A DNA stretch of 64,000 bases from Azolla caroliniana. Its lineage: Eukaryota; Plantae; Polypodiophyta. The notes under the pieces were generated by a model that was given only the letters and a program-made list of their open reading frames with translations, was not told where the DNA came from and made no database searches. Shown here in pieces: positions 1-13,004 of the stretch; within the stretch, counting starts at the first letter, position 1; each line of letters begins with the position of its first letter. The stretch spans positions 7,378,001-7,442,000 of the forward strand of contig JBHGNT010000009.1 in the NCBI GenBank assembly GCA_043228905.1, written 5' to 3'. Both the position numbers and the translations under genes were made by a program.

Positions 1-60
1 TGTTCTTTACGAAAGTTTTTCTTTCAAGCTATGTGGGCTGTAGAGGTTCTCAACCCTCGC

Positions 61-464
61 GCTCTAATACCATGTAAAAACAAATAGCGTGCGGAAGCAA
101 TAGAAAACAGAAAACAAAGAACAGGTTTAATGGAGAGCTTAACAATACGCGAGAGAGACAGAGAGAGAACAAGAATCTCTATTCAAAAATTATATCAACG
201 CTCTGTACATCGTATGTGTTCATCGAACACTTTTATATAGGTCCATACGGACTGACAGAAGTACGGTGTACTTCAATGCTCACTCGAGCACCTGAAACTA
301 ACTACAAGAGTAATAACTCCCTAGTAGTCTAGCTGCTACCAGGCTTCCGATTACTGATGGATCCGGCTAACCGGCTCCCCAGCTCACCGGCTCACCGATC
401 CGTCTTGCTCACCGGCTCAAGCTTATCCAACCGATTTGGCTCCAATTGAGCTTGCTGCTCAACA
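61..464 (-). mobile_element. Ty1/copia 5' LTR (73-464) with tRNA-iMet PBS (61-72); rest of the element lies upstream of the window
   Basis: GCTCTAATACCA is the reverse complement of TGGTATTAGAGC (iMet PBS), directly abutting TGT...AACA. The LTR is visibly similar to LTR 44302-44755. It interrupts the gag of the next copia at 465. Confidence 0.85.
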
Positions 465-1419
465 GAGTTCCCTTCGTGTGATGGGCCGAATTGGCCTCTT
501 CTACCGCCTCAACTTTGTCCTCAGTCACCATCCGAATTCAAGAAGAACATTTGTCCTTATGTTGTCTTGGTTTTGGTTTGGATGTGGTTCTCTTCAACCA
601 TTAGCATTGATAGAAGGTCGAAGAACGAAGGAGAATTTTCCATCGCCAAGATTGCCGTCCTCAATGAGTCGAATCGTTGTGCGAGGCCACCCAAGCGTAC
701 TTGAACCATCTCTTCTTCGTCGACGTTTATTTTGATGGAGCCAAGAGAGTAGCAAATGCTCTTGATCTTGGCAGTGTAGTCCAACACGGACATGTCTTTT
801 TGACAAATGTTGTTCAACTCTTGTCGAAGTTGAAGCTTTTGGGCGGTCGTGTTAGTGGAGAACATTTTCTCCCACGCCTCTTTGGGAGTCTTGGCGTCTC
901 GAATGTGGCTAAGCATGTGGTCGTGGACACATGTTGCCAAGCAATACATGACTCGACTCGTCGGTTGCTCCCATGTTGAGTAGTCGGCGTTCTTTGGGTC
1001 GAGTCGATTTTCTTGATTGCCGTTGATGTAGCTCCAATACCCTTGGTCGACGAGGTATTGGGTCATCTTGTACTCCCAAGATGAATAATTGCTCCAGTCT
1101 AACTTTTCACCAGGGAGCGACCTACCCATTTGTGTGTTCATGTTGATTGTAGTGTCTTCTCTTCTTTTGCTTTTCTTCCTTCCATCACGTACATGTGCTA
1201 CGTAGCGGCACTACGGTAGCCGATAACCGGATTTTGTTGTCGGCTTCTCAAACACACAACCACGGAGTCGGGTGGGCTTAGTGGATTTTCTAAACCACAC
1301 ACTCTAATACCATGTTAAGAATTAGGTAAGTAATTAAGCAAGGGTTAATTAGTACCTAATTATGTGATTAGTTGATAAGCGGAAGATTAAGTGATATGTG
1401 TGTATGTGTGTGAGAGGAA

Positions 1420-1456
<37 letters not shown>

Positions 1457-1784
1457 GAAGTTAACACTTATGAACAACACAAGATGGGGGATGATTAACT
1501 CTATATTAAATTAACATTATCCTCATCAAATACAAAAATACCCACAATGAGGTATATATAGATCTCATGTGCAAGGGTGCACATGTGTGAGGAGAATATA
1601 GGTACAAGGGTGTAAGTCCTATATTAAATGTACTTGGGAGTGGAGGATCTAGAATATCCCACTTAAGTACAAGGTCCTATTTAAGGCATTATAGTCAACA
1701 CTTCTAACTAGATTCTATTTATGTAATTACGAAGTTACATGGTTGACGAACTAACTAAACTAAGTTGAGCTTGATCTCTCAACA
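465..1784 (-). mobile_element. Ty1/copia 5' part: gag (557-1141), iMet PBS (1301-1312), 5' LTR (1313-1784)
   Basis: ORF EKLDWSNYSSWEYKM...PKEAWE...LRQELNNI is copia gag-like and homologous to the gag at 43.0-44.2 kb. ACTCTAATACCA PBS is followed by a TGTT...AACA LTR. Confidence 0.85.
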
Positions 1785-2049
1785 CCATCGCTTAGAGGTG
1801 GTTCTTAGGATAATAGGTTTCTCAACTATCTTACAGTAACCCATTAAAATAAGCTAGATAGAATTGATTCATGTCATTAGTCTTAATAATAATGGGTTTG
1901 TTGAAGTTCCCAGGATAACATGTTTCTCAATTATCTTACACTAACCTTTTAAAATTAGCTATTGAATTAGTTTGTAAGGTGATGCCCATAATATGCCTCC
2001 ATCGCTTATAGGTGGGAAGGAGGGCTTACTATATAATGGTGGAGATATT

Positions 2050-2737
2050 AAATGTTGGGTTTTAAAGAAATGCCTTTTGACGCATTGGTAGAGCTAATGC
2101 TTGTTTGTGGGGTTGAAGTATGGAACAACAATATTCGTAAGTTTACTTAGCAAGAATTTGAAAATTTCTAAAACCATTTATTACTAAGTTTCTTCATGTC
2201 AAGCCACAAACTTCATATATACTCTTAATTACTTGAGACTAGGTCATTTCCTGTTGATATCACAACCATAGAATGGGTGATTGCGGATATGCTTTAGAAA
2301 AGCTCTCACATAAACTTTCTAGGATCATGTGGGAAGCACCTAAAATAATTCGAAGGACAAACAAAATTTTGGGTTCCAAAATTATTGAAGATATGCAAAA
2401 AATGGTTTGGAAAATGAGATGCATTATATTTACTTCATGATACATCAATATATTCTTTTGTGAATGAGGTTTTTTTCGAATGTTATTGCATCTTCTTGGA
2501 ATTGGGAAACTACACTGATTGGTACACACGAGAGCCCATCCATATTTCCACTATTGGCATCATTGCTTCAATACAATTTAGCTCACATTTTCTCGGATGT
2601 AACATGGAGTGTTGGACCACAAGTGATTAGACTCATTGATTATGCATATTTCGTCTAGAACAAGAGTAGTATTCAAAGTATCATACTTTAATTCAATATG
2701 TTGCTTTCAATCACAGTTCAATTTGTTTTCACACACT
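2050..2737 (+). mobile_element. Degenerate RTE-X-like LINE ORF2 C-terminal fragment
   Basis: Hand translation FDALVELMLVCGVEVW...LETRSFP and YHTLIQYVAFNH aligns with ORFs 27731-28003 and 27170-27475. Many stops and frameshifts. Confidence 0.65.
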
Positions 2738-4470
2738 TGCAAATTTTATTTTATTTTTCAAAAAAACACGACTTCACATTAGTTAACAAACTAAATACAT
2801 CAAAGTTCAACCATATTCAGCAAAACTCACACTTCTCCACACAAAACTAAACATAATCCCCACCCTGTCATTTTCAACAAAAGTATCCCGTCGACTCTTT
2901 TTACATGGTAACTTGTACCGCAACATATTTACATTTCCTGTCCACTAATGGAAGCCATTGGCGGAAACAACCATCTTGGTGCTTGGTAGTTCCATTTAGG
3001 CCCTGACAATGATTTTACCATCATAGGAGAACCACCCCATTTCAGCAGAAACTTTGACCGAGCCCTTTCTACTTCATCCAAGAGCCCTTCAATTGAGTCG
3101 TATCGTCCCTGCAGCCAAGATACCAGCTCGAACCAAATGTTTAGTAGAACCTCACCGCTTGGGAGGTTTCTTTGCTGAAAAACAAACATACATCGTCTAG
3201 TCCAAATGTGCCAGACCGATAAGCACGCCACCAACATCCATATCTCCTCAAAAAACCAGAGTTTGTCCCAGGATTCACTCCAATACATTGGAACACGTTG
3301 CCACCCTGCACTATAAATCCATGACCTTGTGGGTTTTAACTGTTCCGCCCAGCCTTCCCCTGTTAACTTCAAACCCTGTAAGGACCCCCACACAACTCTC
3401 TCATTCACACTGCATGATGCAACTATCCTGAGAATTCTAACCCAAATGTTGATTGGCTCTACACATTTCCAAAAACAGTGAGGTATTGATTCCAAAGAGT
3501 GTCCACATAACTTACAACCAGCCTCCCCACCACGACACCTCAACCACTCCCCTACAGGTAACGCTTTATGGCTAAGAAGCCAGAACCAAACCTTTATTTT
3601 TTCTAGCAGATCCAACGCCCATAGTCTCCTCCAAAACGACTTCAACAAGTCATATGATATGCCATTATGCCTCCAACTATTGCGAGTCTGAGTAGCGCCC
3701 ACTGATTTGGAGCCAATGATTTGCCTTCTTAGCTTAGTACTATACTTAAAAAAACTCCTCCAATTTGTTTGTTCCCAGTTTCTGCCACCATAACTCTAAT
3801 GGATCCCACTCCAAATCACATAGGGGCTTGTTGTCAAATAGCCATAGTTTACAATCATTATCCAGCTTCCATGGGTCCCTAAAACCAGAGTGGACTTGGG
3901 TTAGTGGATCCAATTCACCAAAGCAGGGTTTTACTTGGTAAGCTACTGGTGCGATGCTTACAACCTAGACCTGAATTGTGGAAGATGCTTCTTAGGAACA
4001 GAGCTGACCTTTGGTGTCCGAGGAATGGTGACCCTTGGAAGGCAAAGTTGTGGTGGTTGTTCAGTCCAGATCTAAAGTTGAAAGAACCGACTTGCATGGA
4101 GGACAGGGTGGTCCATGCCATAATGATGGCCTGGTCAAGTGTAAGAGAAGGGTTAGTCTTAATGCAACCAAAAACGTTGGAGGAACAACTTAGACAAACA
4201 TTGTTTTGGAACCCCAGGATTAGAAGCGAAGACGGTATGATGCTTGGATAGAAAAAGTATTTGCCATGGGGGCACATGTTAGGGTACAATCTTAGTTTAG
4301 TACGACATTGGGGGTTTTCATAATGAAGAGGAGTAGGGGTCAGACTGGTAGCATTACTGGCAGGCTAGAAAAGGTGACCCAACTGATAAAATAAGGCTAT
4401 TGATGGTCTAGAAAGGTTGAATGAGGAAGAGGGGGTTTGGTCTGGGTGGTTTGATATGGTCATGCTCATA
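2738..4470. mobile_element. L1-clade LINE remnant with an inverted 5' segment (3' part on minus, 2738-~3877; upstream part on plus, ~3878-4470)
   Basis: Minus ORF 2929-3702 has the zf-RVT-type motif (W..LW...KIKVW.W...HKALPV...CKLC...ESIPHCFWKC) and an A-rich tail at ~2744-2758. The plus segment starts GLGLVDP..QSRVLLGKL, the post-RT motif of plant L1 ORF2. Confidence 0.75.
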
Positions 4471-4542
4471 ACACTTGTCCACGTGTATAGAATACTACGG
4501 TAAATTCTCACCACGGGATATTATATGATCATGCCTGTAACA

Positions 4543-6150
4543 ACAAGCGTCGAGAATGTGGTAGCAGAATTTTGACTCCTACATACGGCAGCTTGGATAC
4601 AACATATCAGACTCCAACCCATGCATGTATGTTCGGCAACTGGCTGACGGGTCAAGGATCTATCTGATCTTATACGTAGACGACATGTTGATTGCATGAA
4701 GCAATCAAGCAGAGATCGGTAAGCTAAAGCGAAGCGTTCACGCAAAGTTCATGATGAAGGAACTTGGACAAACCCGACACATACTGGGCATGAGGATAGA
4801 GCGAAATCGGATGACCAAAACTCTCTAACTCTCCTAGTCTGAATACATCCGCAAGGTGCTGAAGCGCATCAACATGGAGAATGCGAAGCCAACACCGACA
4901 CCACTTCCGATGTCGATTGGACTATCGAACAAAGACTCTCCTTCGATGGACAAGGAGAGAGAACTTAATGGAAAGATACCCTACGCATCGGTAGTAGGAA
5001 GTATCATGTACGCAATGGTGGCGACCCGACCTGACCTACCCTATGCCGTAGGGGTGGCCAACCGGTACATGTCAAACCCAGGAAAGAAGCATTGGGAGGC
5101 CGTCAAGCACATCCCTAGCTATCTAAATGGAACCCTGGATGCACATCAGACTTTCAGACTGACAACCTCAGCCAAAGTCGAAGACTACACCGATTCCGAC
5201 TATGCTGGAAATGTAGATAATCGGAAATCGACATCAGGCTACATCTTCACCCATGGTGGCGGGGCAATATCATGGAGGTCTAAACTTCAAGAGTGCACGA
5301 CTCTGTCTACCACAGAAGCCGAGTACATAGCAACATTGGAAGCAGCGAAGGAAGCGATCTGGCTGCACCGATTGATTGCCGACTCGGAACTGCAAACCAA
5401 AACGACTGTCCAACGTCGGCCATCTATTGCGACTCACAGAGCGTAATACACCTCATCAACAATCCCATCTATCATGCGAAGAAGAAGCACATTGAGGTGC
5501 GGTATCATCATATCCGAGAGCTTGTAAATGAAAAGAAACTCGAAGTTTGGAAGATCGACACCGAGGTGAACATCGCCGATTGCCTGACAAAGCCCCTCCC
5601 AGATCTACGCTTCGGAGCACTAAGGACGAAAATGGGGTTACGACAAGTGACCAAGCCGAAAAAAGCCGAACAAGGAGCAGAAGGTAAGATCTGATCGAAC
5701 AATAACGACACATCATATACATCTACCGACTCGGCTATATGCCGACCGACTTGTAACATATAAACTTAGATCAATTTTGTAATCTAGACTTACGGGGGAG
5801 ATAACCACAAACACTTGTACATGCAAGAAAGTGTAGTCCTTTTACGGGGGAGTTTGTTGGCATAAAAGGCTGACTCCTTCCAAGTTGTATCCGTCCGAGT
5901 GTGAACTCGTCAATAAGTGAGGGCTTAGTATATAAGTGAATTCCTAACATTGTATAGAACGAAGAGTGATAGAGAGACGAAGTGTCTGTGCATTGTATCA
6001 TAGTGAGAGAGTGAGAACGAAGCAATAAAGCTTTCCATTAGAGCTTGCATTGTGTAAGTCCACACCCATTCTATTTTTCTGTCTGTGTTTGTTGTTCAAA
6101 ACCGACAACAAATCCACAGACGTTTCCGCAAACCACACTCGTTACCAACA
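4543..6150 (+). mobile_element. Ty1/copia 3' half: RT C-terminus and RNase H (decayed), PPT (~5845-5852), 3' LTR (5855-6150)
   Basis: Motifs YVDDML, PYASVVGSIMYAM, YTDSDYAG..DNRKSTSGY, KHIEVRYH, NIADCLTK. GGGGGAG precedes TGTTGG...CCAACA. Confidence 0.88.
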
Positions 6151-6399
6151 CTCCCCCTCCTTCCACAAGCCATTGTTCCTATTCCTAATCCTGTTCCTAC
6201 TCCTTAGTCTCTTGTTTCTCTCAAGGGAGAAATGTGGTGTGCATGTGTTCCTTTGTGCCACCCTTTTAGAACACCCTTTTTAGGATGCATGTACCTAAGT
6301 CGGCCCACCATTTTAGCACGCCCTTTTTAGCTAAGCCAACCCCAATGGGTACCTTTGTATGAACTATAAATTGAGCACGAAGTAAGAAGATAAGTAGGT

Positions 6400-6765
6400 T
6401 GGTTTTGATCTCGTATGTGCATTTCACAATATGACTTAGGGAAATCACTTCTGATAATAATGTGTATAGAGATATTGTGAGAGAGCGTGTGTGAGAGAGA
6501 GGTAGAGATACAAAAAGTTTTTTCTATTGTAATCGCCGGTTCGCGAAGGCATAGAGTTCGAGGTCGTTACCTCCGAGTCTTGTGTTGTAATCCTTTCTTC
6601 TCATAGTGATAGTTAGAGTTTGTGGGAGCCCGTGGTTTTTCCCTATTAGGGTTTTCCACGTAAACATCTTGTGTCGTCTCGTCTGTGTAAATGTATTAAT
6701 CTCCATCTTTGTTTTGTTCTTCCATTGAGCTAGTAAGACTCGGTTGTGGCCGAGCTCCATTTCTG
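6400..6765 (+). mobile_element. LTR fragment related to the LTRs of copia 13852-19620 (opposite orientation)
   Basis: Shares blocks GGGTTTTCCACGTAAACATC, CCGTGGTTTTTCCC and CTCGGTTGTGGCCGAG with the reverse complement of 13880-14035. Boundaries approximate. Confidence 0.55.
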
Positions 6766-6814
6766 CTCACGACGTTGATTGGGAAGATTTTATGTTACTC
6801 GTAAGAGTGTACGT

Positions 6815-9800
6815 TGTCGTGAAGATTTCGGGCCACAGTGAGAAATCGGAGAATGTTAGAAGGATTGGCAAGGTGCACCATGTGCACCCACCCTTGTACA
6901 GAATTAGCATAGGGGCTAGGGGGTTGCCTTTGTGGTGCCGAATATGCAATAAAGTTGGTAGAGAGGATCCCATGTAATATGGGATTTATCCCACATTGTA
7001 ACATCTCTCCCTCCTTGGGCTATAAAAGGAAGGGAGGGATCTCTTGTATGGGGTTGCCCATTTTGAGTTCGGAGGGTATATTGTTAGATTTAGGGTTTGG
7101 TAGTTCTTGTTCTTCAACTTCTCTTATTCCCTCAGGGTTTGTACTTTGGTCTTCACTCTATTTCGGTTTTAGGGTTTCATCTTGGTAGCTTTCTTCTTCT
7201 TCTTCTCCTTCATGTCTATTTAGGGTTTAGCCCGGTGAAGAGCTTGTATGTTTAGTGGGGTTTGCTTCTGCTTGGTCTCCTGTGCAAGACCCCGCTCGGC
7301 GCAACGAGCCCGAGAGCTCCTCGATCGACGGCTTGGCAGCAGATGACGATTGTAACCTAACCTACCTTTGTCCGTCTCGAAGCCGATATTGTATCTTGTA
7401 CCTGTATTTATATATATATAAAAGGTTGTGCATATTTGTGTCTCTATCAGTGTCGGGTGCATTTCTTTCCCTTTGTTTCCTGTACATAAGAGCTGTGTGT
7501 TGAGTCAGTGTTGCGCGCGTGGTCTCTCTCTCTCTTCCTCTCTCGTGTTCGGTAGCCACCGATACACGTCCGGAATCGCTCTGGTTTGCGCCACAACCAG
7601 TGCAACCGGGACTGGAGAGAAGTCGGCTTCTTGACTCCCATCTCATCCTCGTCTGAGACCCCTGTGGTCCCGCCCCTTCCTACACGTACCCGCAGAATAC
7701 CGCGACATCTTTGGTGAACCCGACGTGAAGGGCGGCAAGGGAGAATGGAGTTGGAAGAAAACGACTTCACACAACTTTTTGTCGAAGTGGTGAGGGATTT
7801 TGGATGAGCAACAACAACAAGCGAGACGGCGCAACAAGCTGTTGAGCGAGTGGTCGAAAGAGTCGGTCGTTTCAACGGGGACAAAGTCCCATTCTACTTG
7901 GAAGCCTACAACGCAGAAATGGAGGAACGAGGCGTAGAAGAGGCGTTGAGGTTGGGGTTCTTCTGTCGGGTCGTCGTCGTCCGCGTGAAGGAGCTTCGAG
8001 AAGCTCATAGTTCGTGGGAGGCCTTCGAAGAGGCGCTCCTGTAGGCATATGGAGGACGGCGGAAGAGTCGGGGACGATGCGGCTTCGACTAGTGGGTGGC
8101 ATCAACGAAGACCCACCGGGGCGCAACGAAGGCGTTCCGAGAGTTTGAGCGACGGCTTGCTCGGCTCCCGGAGCGGAAACAAGGTTTGGTGGGGGCGGAC
8201 AAAGTCCTGTTGTTCGTTAAGTCGATCGACTGAGCGAAACGGGAGGTCATCGGGATTGAGCTGAAAGACGAGGACAGAGTGAATGGCCTTACAAAGGACT
8301 GGTCGAGGGTCAGAAGGGTATGCCAATGGCTAGAGGAAGAGCGAGCCGAGAAGGCTAGGAGGAAGGCGCATGACGACGTGCCATCACAACGGAAAGAGGC
8401 CGAACGGCAAAGAGAGTCGGCAAGGCTCGGCTTTGGGGCCAGGATTGCGGAGGTGTACGCAGCTCTTGAGGCAATGCTCGAGGAAGAGGAAAGATTGAGG
8501 CGGCAAGCCGACGCCGAGGAGACGGACGGACTTGCCCCATGAGATGGCAGAAGATCGGTACAATGGTACCACAATACGAAGGGAGAGTGTGCGGAACAAA
8601 ACGCCCTCTCGGCTTGCGGAGATAGAACGACCGAGGACAAGGCCGACGTACCGATTGCAGAATCGGAACATTGGGACCGGCGGTTTTAGGCACATCAGCC
8701 CGAAACTCCGGACATTGGAGAAGCACGCCCAGGCAGGGCTTGCATGATCAGTAAGAAGACAACCATCGACCATGAGAAGCCGGTGGCTATAGACAAGGGC
8801 GTAAATAGGACATGCAATTCTACGTGTCTTCCCACAGTTGCTCCCGAGACGATGGCAGTCCAGCCCGAGTGCCCACGTGAGTCCCAAGAGGAGGAAGGCG
8901 GCGGCGTGAGACCGAGAATCACCGGGGAGACGATACGGGGGAGGAACAGACAAGAGCCCTCAGGACTAATTCCAGAGAACTCGGCATTCGGGAGATGGCC
9001 CGCAAAGATGGATGGGAGATGGCCCGCGAAAAGGTTGACGAAGAGACCAAGAAACGACCCGACCGGGGACCGAATCGCGCGGCACTCCGATTCGGGTGGA
9101 GCGCGATCAGGTCGTGGATTGTTCGACCCGGGCCAGAATTGGCATGAAGGTGCCGATACAGGAGAGGGTGCGGAATGAGCCGCCCTCTTTTACATGGGGA
9201 GAAAGACCGATCGGGCGAAGGTCGGGAATCAGGGAGAAGATCATCGAGGGTACGGAACGTGTCCGGCAGGATTGGTATCGGAGCTGAAACTCCGGACATT
9301 GGAGAATCAAGCCCAGGCGGGGCTGGATTGATCACAGAGTGGATGCTATCCACCGGCACCACTAAAGGGGTTGGTGGCCCCGGATGAGTCGTCGGGAGTC
9401 GTTACGAAATCGATGTCCCTACATCTTTGCCAGAGACTTCGGTAGTTCAGTCGGCGTGGCAACGTAAGACCGAAAGGGATGGAAGATAGAGGCGGGAACA
9501 CATCAAGGAGAGTGACGACGAGTTCGGGAGAAGTACAAGGGACGAAGCGGAGAACAAAGACCGGTCCTACGGAGATCCTCACACCGATCCGGCGGTCGGC
9601 CCGAGAGCCGGCGTGAGTCCTATAGGAGAGAATGCTGGCGGCAGGAGAACAGGACCCGCCAATCCAGAGAATGGCGGAGCAGACTTCCGGATAACCGATC
9701 CGGAAGAGAGGAGAGAGCAAACCTACGAAGAGGCCGAGAATGTGGTATGTCGGTACCACGGGAGAGGGCGTGGAGCAAACCACCCTCTCGACTTGCGGAG

Positions 9801-11803
9801 ACAGACGACCCACGATAAGGGTCCGAGATACGATAAGCATGAAGAGGATCCTTCACACCGGTTCTAGAGGCTCCGGCGGTCCTAAAGGAAAGGACGGTGG
9901 CGGCAGGTGAACATGATCGGATGACAAAGGAAGAGCGGCAAGGAGGCATCGGGCCGGCGAGGTGGCCACAAACCACAACTGGACCTTCCGGCAAGGCCGA
10001 TGGAAAGAGGAGGAACAAAGATCGGTCCTATGGGATCCTCACACCGATTCGGAGACACCGGTAATTCAAGCCGACATGGCAACGTGAGACCGAGTGAGAA
10101 GGATGGTGGCGGCAGGAAACAGGAATGGACGACGCGGGAAGAGCAGACCGGGAGCTGGCAAGGCCGGAGTTGACGAAGGTTGAACCCTTACCAGTCGGTT
10201 ACGGTTTCGGAAGGAAGCCGGTAAGGGGTAAGCACGGGGCGGAACAAAAGACATACGAGTGGCCATCAAGGGCCGAAGCAAGCACGAGTACGGGACGGCG
10301 TTCGGCACAGGCCATGCCGGACAAGGAAGGTGGAGGACGCCGCGCGACATGCAACCATAAAGGGAACAAGGAGCATGTAATGGGGTCACCTAAGGACCGA
10401 AGAACGAGCGCGCATTCGGGAACGATAACGGCACATGGGAAGAGCCTGCGGAAGGTGAACGGGGAGGTGTTCGGGACGCAGAAACAATTGAACCAACGGA
10501 GGGACGCGCGGCACGTGGAGGTGTCGGAAAGAAAGTACGCGTGCAGTGGATGGTTGCCGGATCAGGAGATATCGGGTAGAAGGCCGGAGAGGGATCCTCC
10601 ACACCGGTTCCAAAGGCCTTGGCAGTCCGAGCTGACGTGGCAACGTAAGACCAAGGAGAAGGAAGGTGGCGGCGAGGGGACGAAGGCAATGGGCAACCGC
10701 ACGGGACAACAACCAGGCTCACGCGGATGATCGACTGAGGCAAGTGGGCCACGATGGGTGTTCCTCAATCGTAGAACACCAGGCATACGGTGGAGAGAGG
10801 ATCATGCATACGGCCAAGCGGAGGGCCAAGAATGGGGCACGCATACTACGGGGTCGCGGCGGACGACCTATTGACGGGTCGAACGAGCCTACGGAGAGGC
10901 AAGCGCGAAGGATGAACCGGAGCCGACGGTTCAAACCGGCAACGGTCGACGCGGCAAGCCGGGATGCCGGTCACGGAGGACCGGTTTCTCACCGGGCCAA
11001 ATCTTTCACCTTTCTCCGGATTTGGCACATACCAATGGACATGCGGATGTCGTGAAGATTTCGGGCCATAGTAAGAAATCAGAGAATGTTGGAAGGATCG
11101 GCAAGGTGCACCATGTGCACCCACCCTTGTACAGAATTAGCATAGGGGCTAGGAGGTTGCCTTTGTGGCACCGAATAGGCAATAAAGTTGGGATAGAGGA
11201 TCCCATGTAATATGGGATTTATCCCACATTGTAACGTCTCTCCCTCCTTGGGCTATAAAAGGAAGGGAGGGGTCTCTTGTATGGGGTTGCCCATTTTGAG
11301 TTAGGAAGGTATACCATTAGATTTAGGGTTCGGTAGTTCTTGGTCTTCATCTTCTTTTATTCCCTTATGGTTTGTACTTTGGTCTTCACTCTATTTCAGT
11401 TTTAGGGTTTCATCTTGGTAGCTTTCTTCTTCTTCTCCTTCATGTCTGTTTAGGGTTTAGCCCAGTGAAGGGCTTGTATGTTTAGTAGAGTTTGCTTCTG
11501 CTCGGTCTCCTGTGCAAGACCCCAATCGGTGGCTTGGCAGCAGACGACGATTGTAACCTAACCTACCTTTGTTTCCTGTACATAGGAGGTGTGTGTTGAG
11601 TCAGTGTTGCACGCGTGGTCTCTCTCTCTCTTCCTCTCTCGTGTTCAGTAGCCGCCGGTACGCGTCCAGGATCACTCTGGTTTGCGCCACAACCAATGCA
11701 GCCGGGACTAGAGAGAAGTCGGCTTCTCGACACCCATCTTTTCCTCGTCCGAGACCCCCGTGGTCCCGCCCCTTCCTACATGTACCCGCGGAATACCGCG
11801 ACA
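6815..11803 (+). mobile_element. Non-autonomous Ty3/gypsy-type LTR element: LTRs 6815-7707 and 11048-11803, tRNA-Trp PBS, decayed gag, no pol, 4-bp TSD ACGT
   Basis: Paired LTRs TGTCGTG...CGCGACA; ACGT at 6811-6814 and 11804-11807; PBS TGGTGAACCCGACGTGA at 7712-7728. Gag-like GRFNGDKVPFYLEAYNAEM...DKVLLFVKS...NGLTKDW at ~7750-8330. Confidence 0.9.
7712..7728 (+). promoter_or_regulatory. Primer-binding site complementary to the tRNA-Trp 3' end
   Basis: TGGTGAACCCGACGTGA is the reverse complement of ...TCACGTCGGGTTCACCA (plant tRNA-Trp 3' end, from memory). It lies 4 nt after the LTR. Confidence 0.75.
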
Positions 11804-12217
11804 ACGTGGTGGTGTAAGGCTCAAACACGATAAATGGGTTGTGTTATATATGTAATGTATACGAGTGTGAGTGAGGATAAATATGTGTATGAGTACATGC
11901 ACAATTATGCGCATGTGTACAAAAATGTAATGGTCTTTTTTGTAATGGTCGTATTATGTAACCGTAACAGTATGTACGATATAAACCCCTTATGGGGCAT
12001 GTAATGGAATATAGAATTTTCCCCTCTTATTTTGTGTCATTCTCTGTTTCTCCCTCCTCTCTCCCCCTCACACATAACCCCCTTGAGAACGACTCCACCC
12101 CCCACCCAACCCCTACCCATCAACACTTGCACGCCCTATGGCTGACCCTCCCCGTGAGAGGAAGTCTATCACTCTCTCACACACACACTCTCTCTCTCTG
12201 TAGCTCTACGTTTGTGA

Positions 12218-12249
<32 letters not shown>

Positions 12250-12375
12250 CTCTCTCTCTCTCCCCTCACACTCATTGTATGTAGCTAAACCCACAATTGA
12301 GGATGATACGGGTGCCTTGCATGATATTGAAGATGAAGTGAATGTGGGAGCTTCAGACTTGGATTACTTAGAAGA

Positions 12376-13004
12376 AGAAGGAATCTTTGAAGTGAAAGCT
12401 ATTGCTGGAGATACTCACTTAGGCGGAGAAGATTTTGATAAGTGAATGGTGAATCATTTTGTACAAGACTTTAAGAGGAAATACAAAAAACAAGACATAA
12501 CCAGCAATGCAAGAGCTCTTTGAACATTGAGAACTTCATGTGAGAGGGCAAAAATAATTCTTTCATCCACTGCTCAGACCACCATTGAAATCGACTCATT
12601 GTTTGAAATTATTGATTTCTATTCCACTATTACAAGAGCTAGGTTTGAGGAGCTTAACATGGATCTCTTCTAGAAGTGTATGGAACCAATGGAGAAGTGT
12701 TTGAAGGATGCCAAGATGGATACGAGCACCATCCACGATGTGGTACTGGTGGGTGGCTCTATTAGAATCCCAAAGGTTCATCAACTATTGCAAGATTTTT
12801 TCAATGGGAAGGAGCTTTGCAACACTATAAACACTCATGAGGTAGTTGCTTATGGTGCTAACGTCCAAGCTGCCATTCTTAGTGGGAAGGCAGTGAGAAG
12901 GTCCAAGAATTTCTCTTACTTGATGTAACTCCACTAGCTCTTGGTTTGGAGACAGCAGGCGGTGCCATGAGTGTCCTTATTCCACACAATACAACCATTC
13001 CCAC
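12376..13004 (+). pseudogene. HSP70: Cytosolic Hsp70 internal fragment (pseudogene)
   Basis: [22 protein letters not shown]...[20 protein letters not shown]...[14 protein letters not shown]...[13 protein letters not shown]...[27 protein letters not shown], with several stops and frameshifts. Truncated by an LTR at 13005. Confidence 0.95.

Noticed and set aside
6151-6160. PPT-like CTCCCCCTCC after the LTR end at 6150
   Set aside because: It could be flanking target sequence; no second element could be supported.
8350-11050. Many overlapping short ORFs on both strands
   Set aside because: GC-rich retroelement interior; no recognisable domains.
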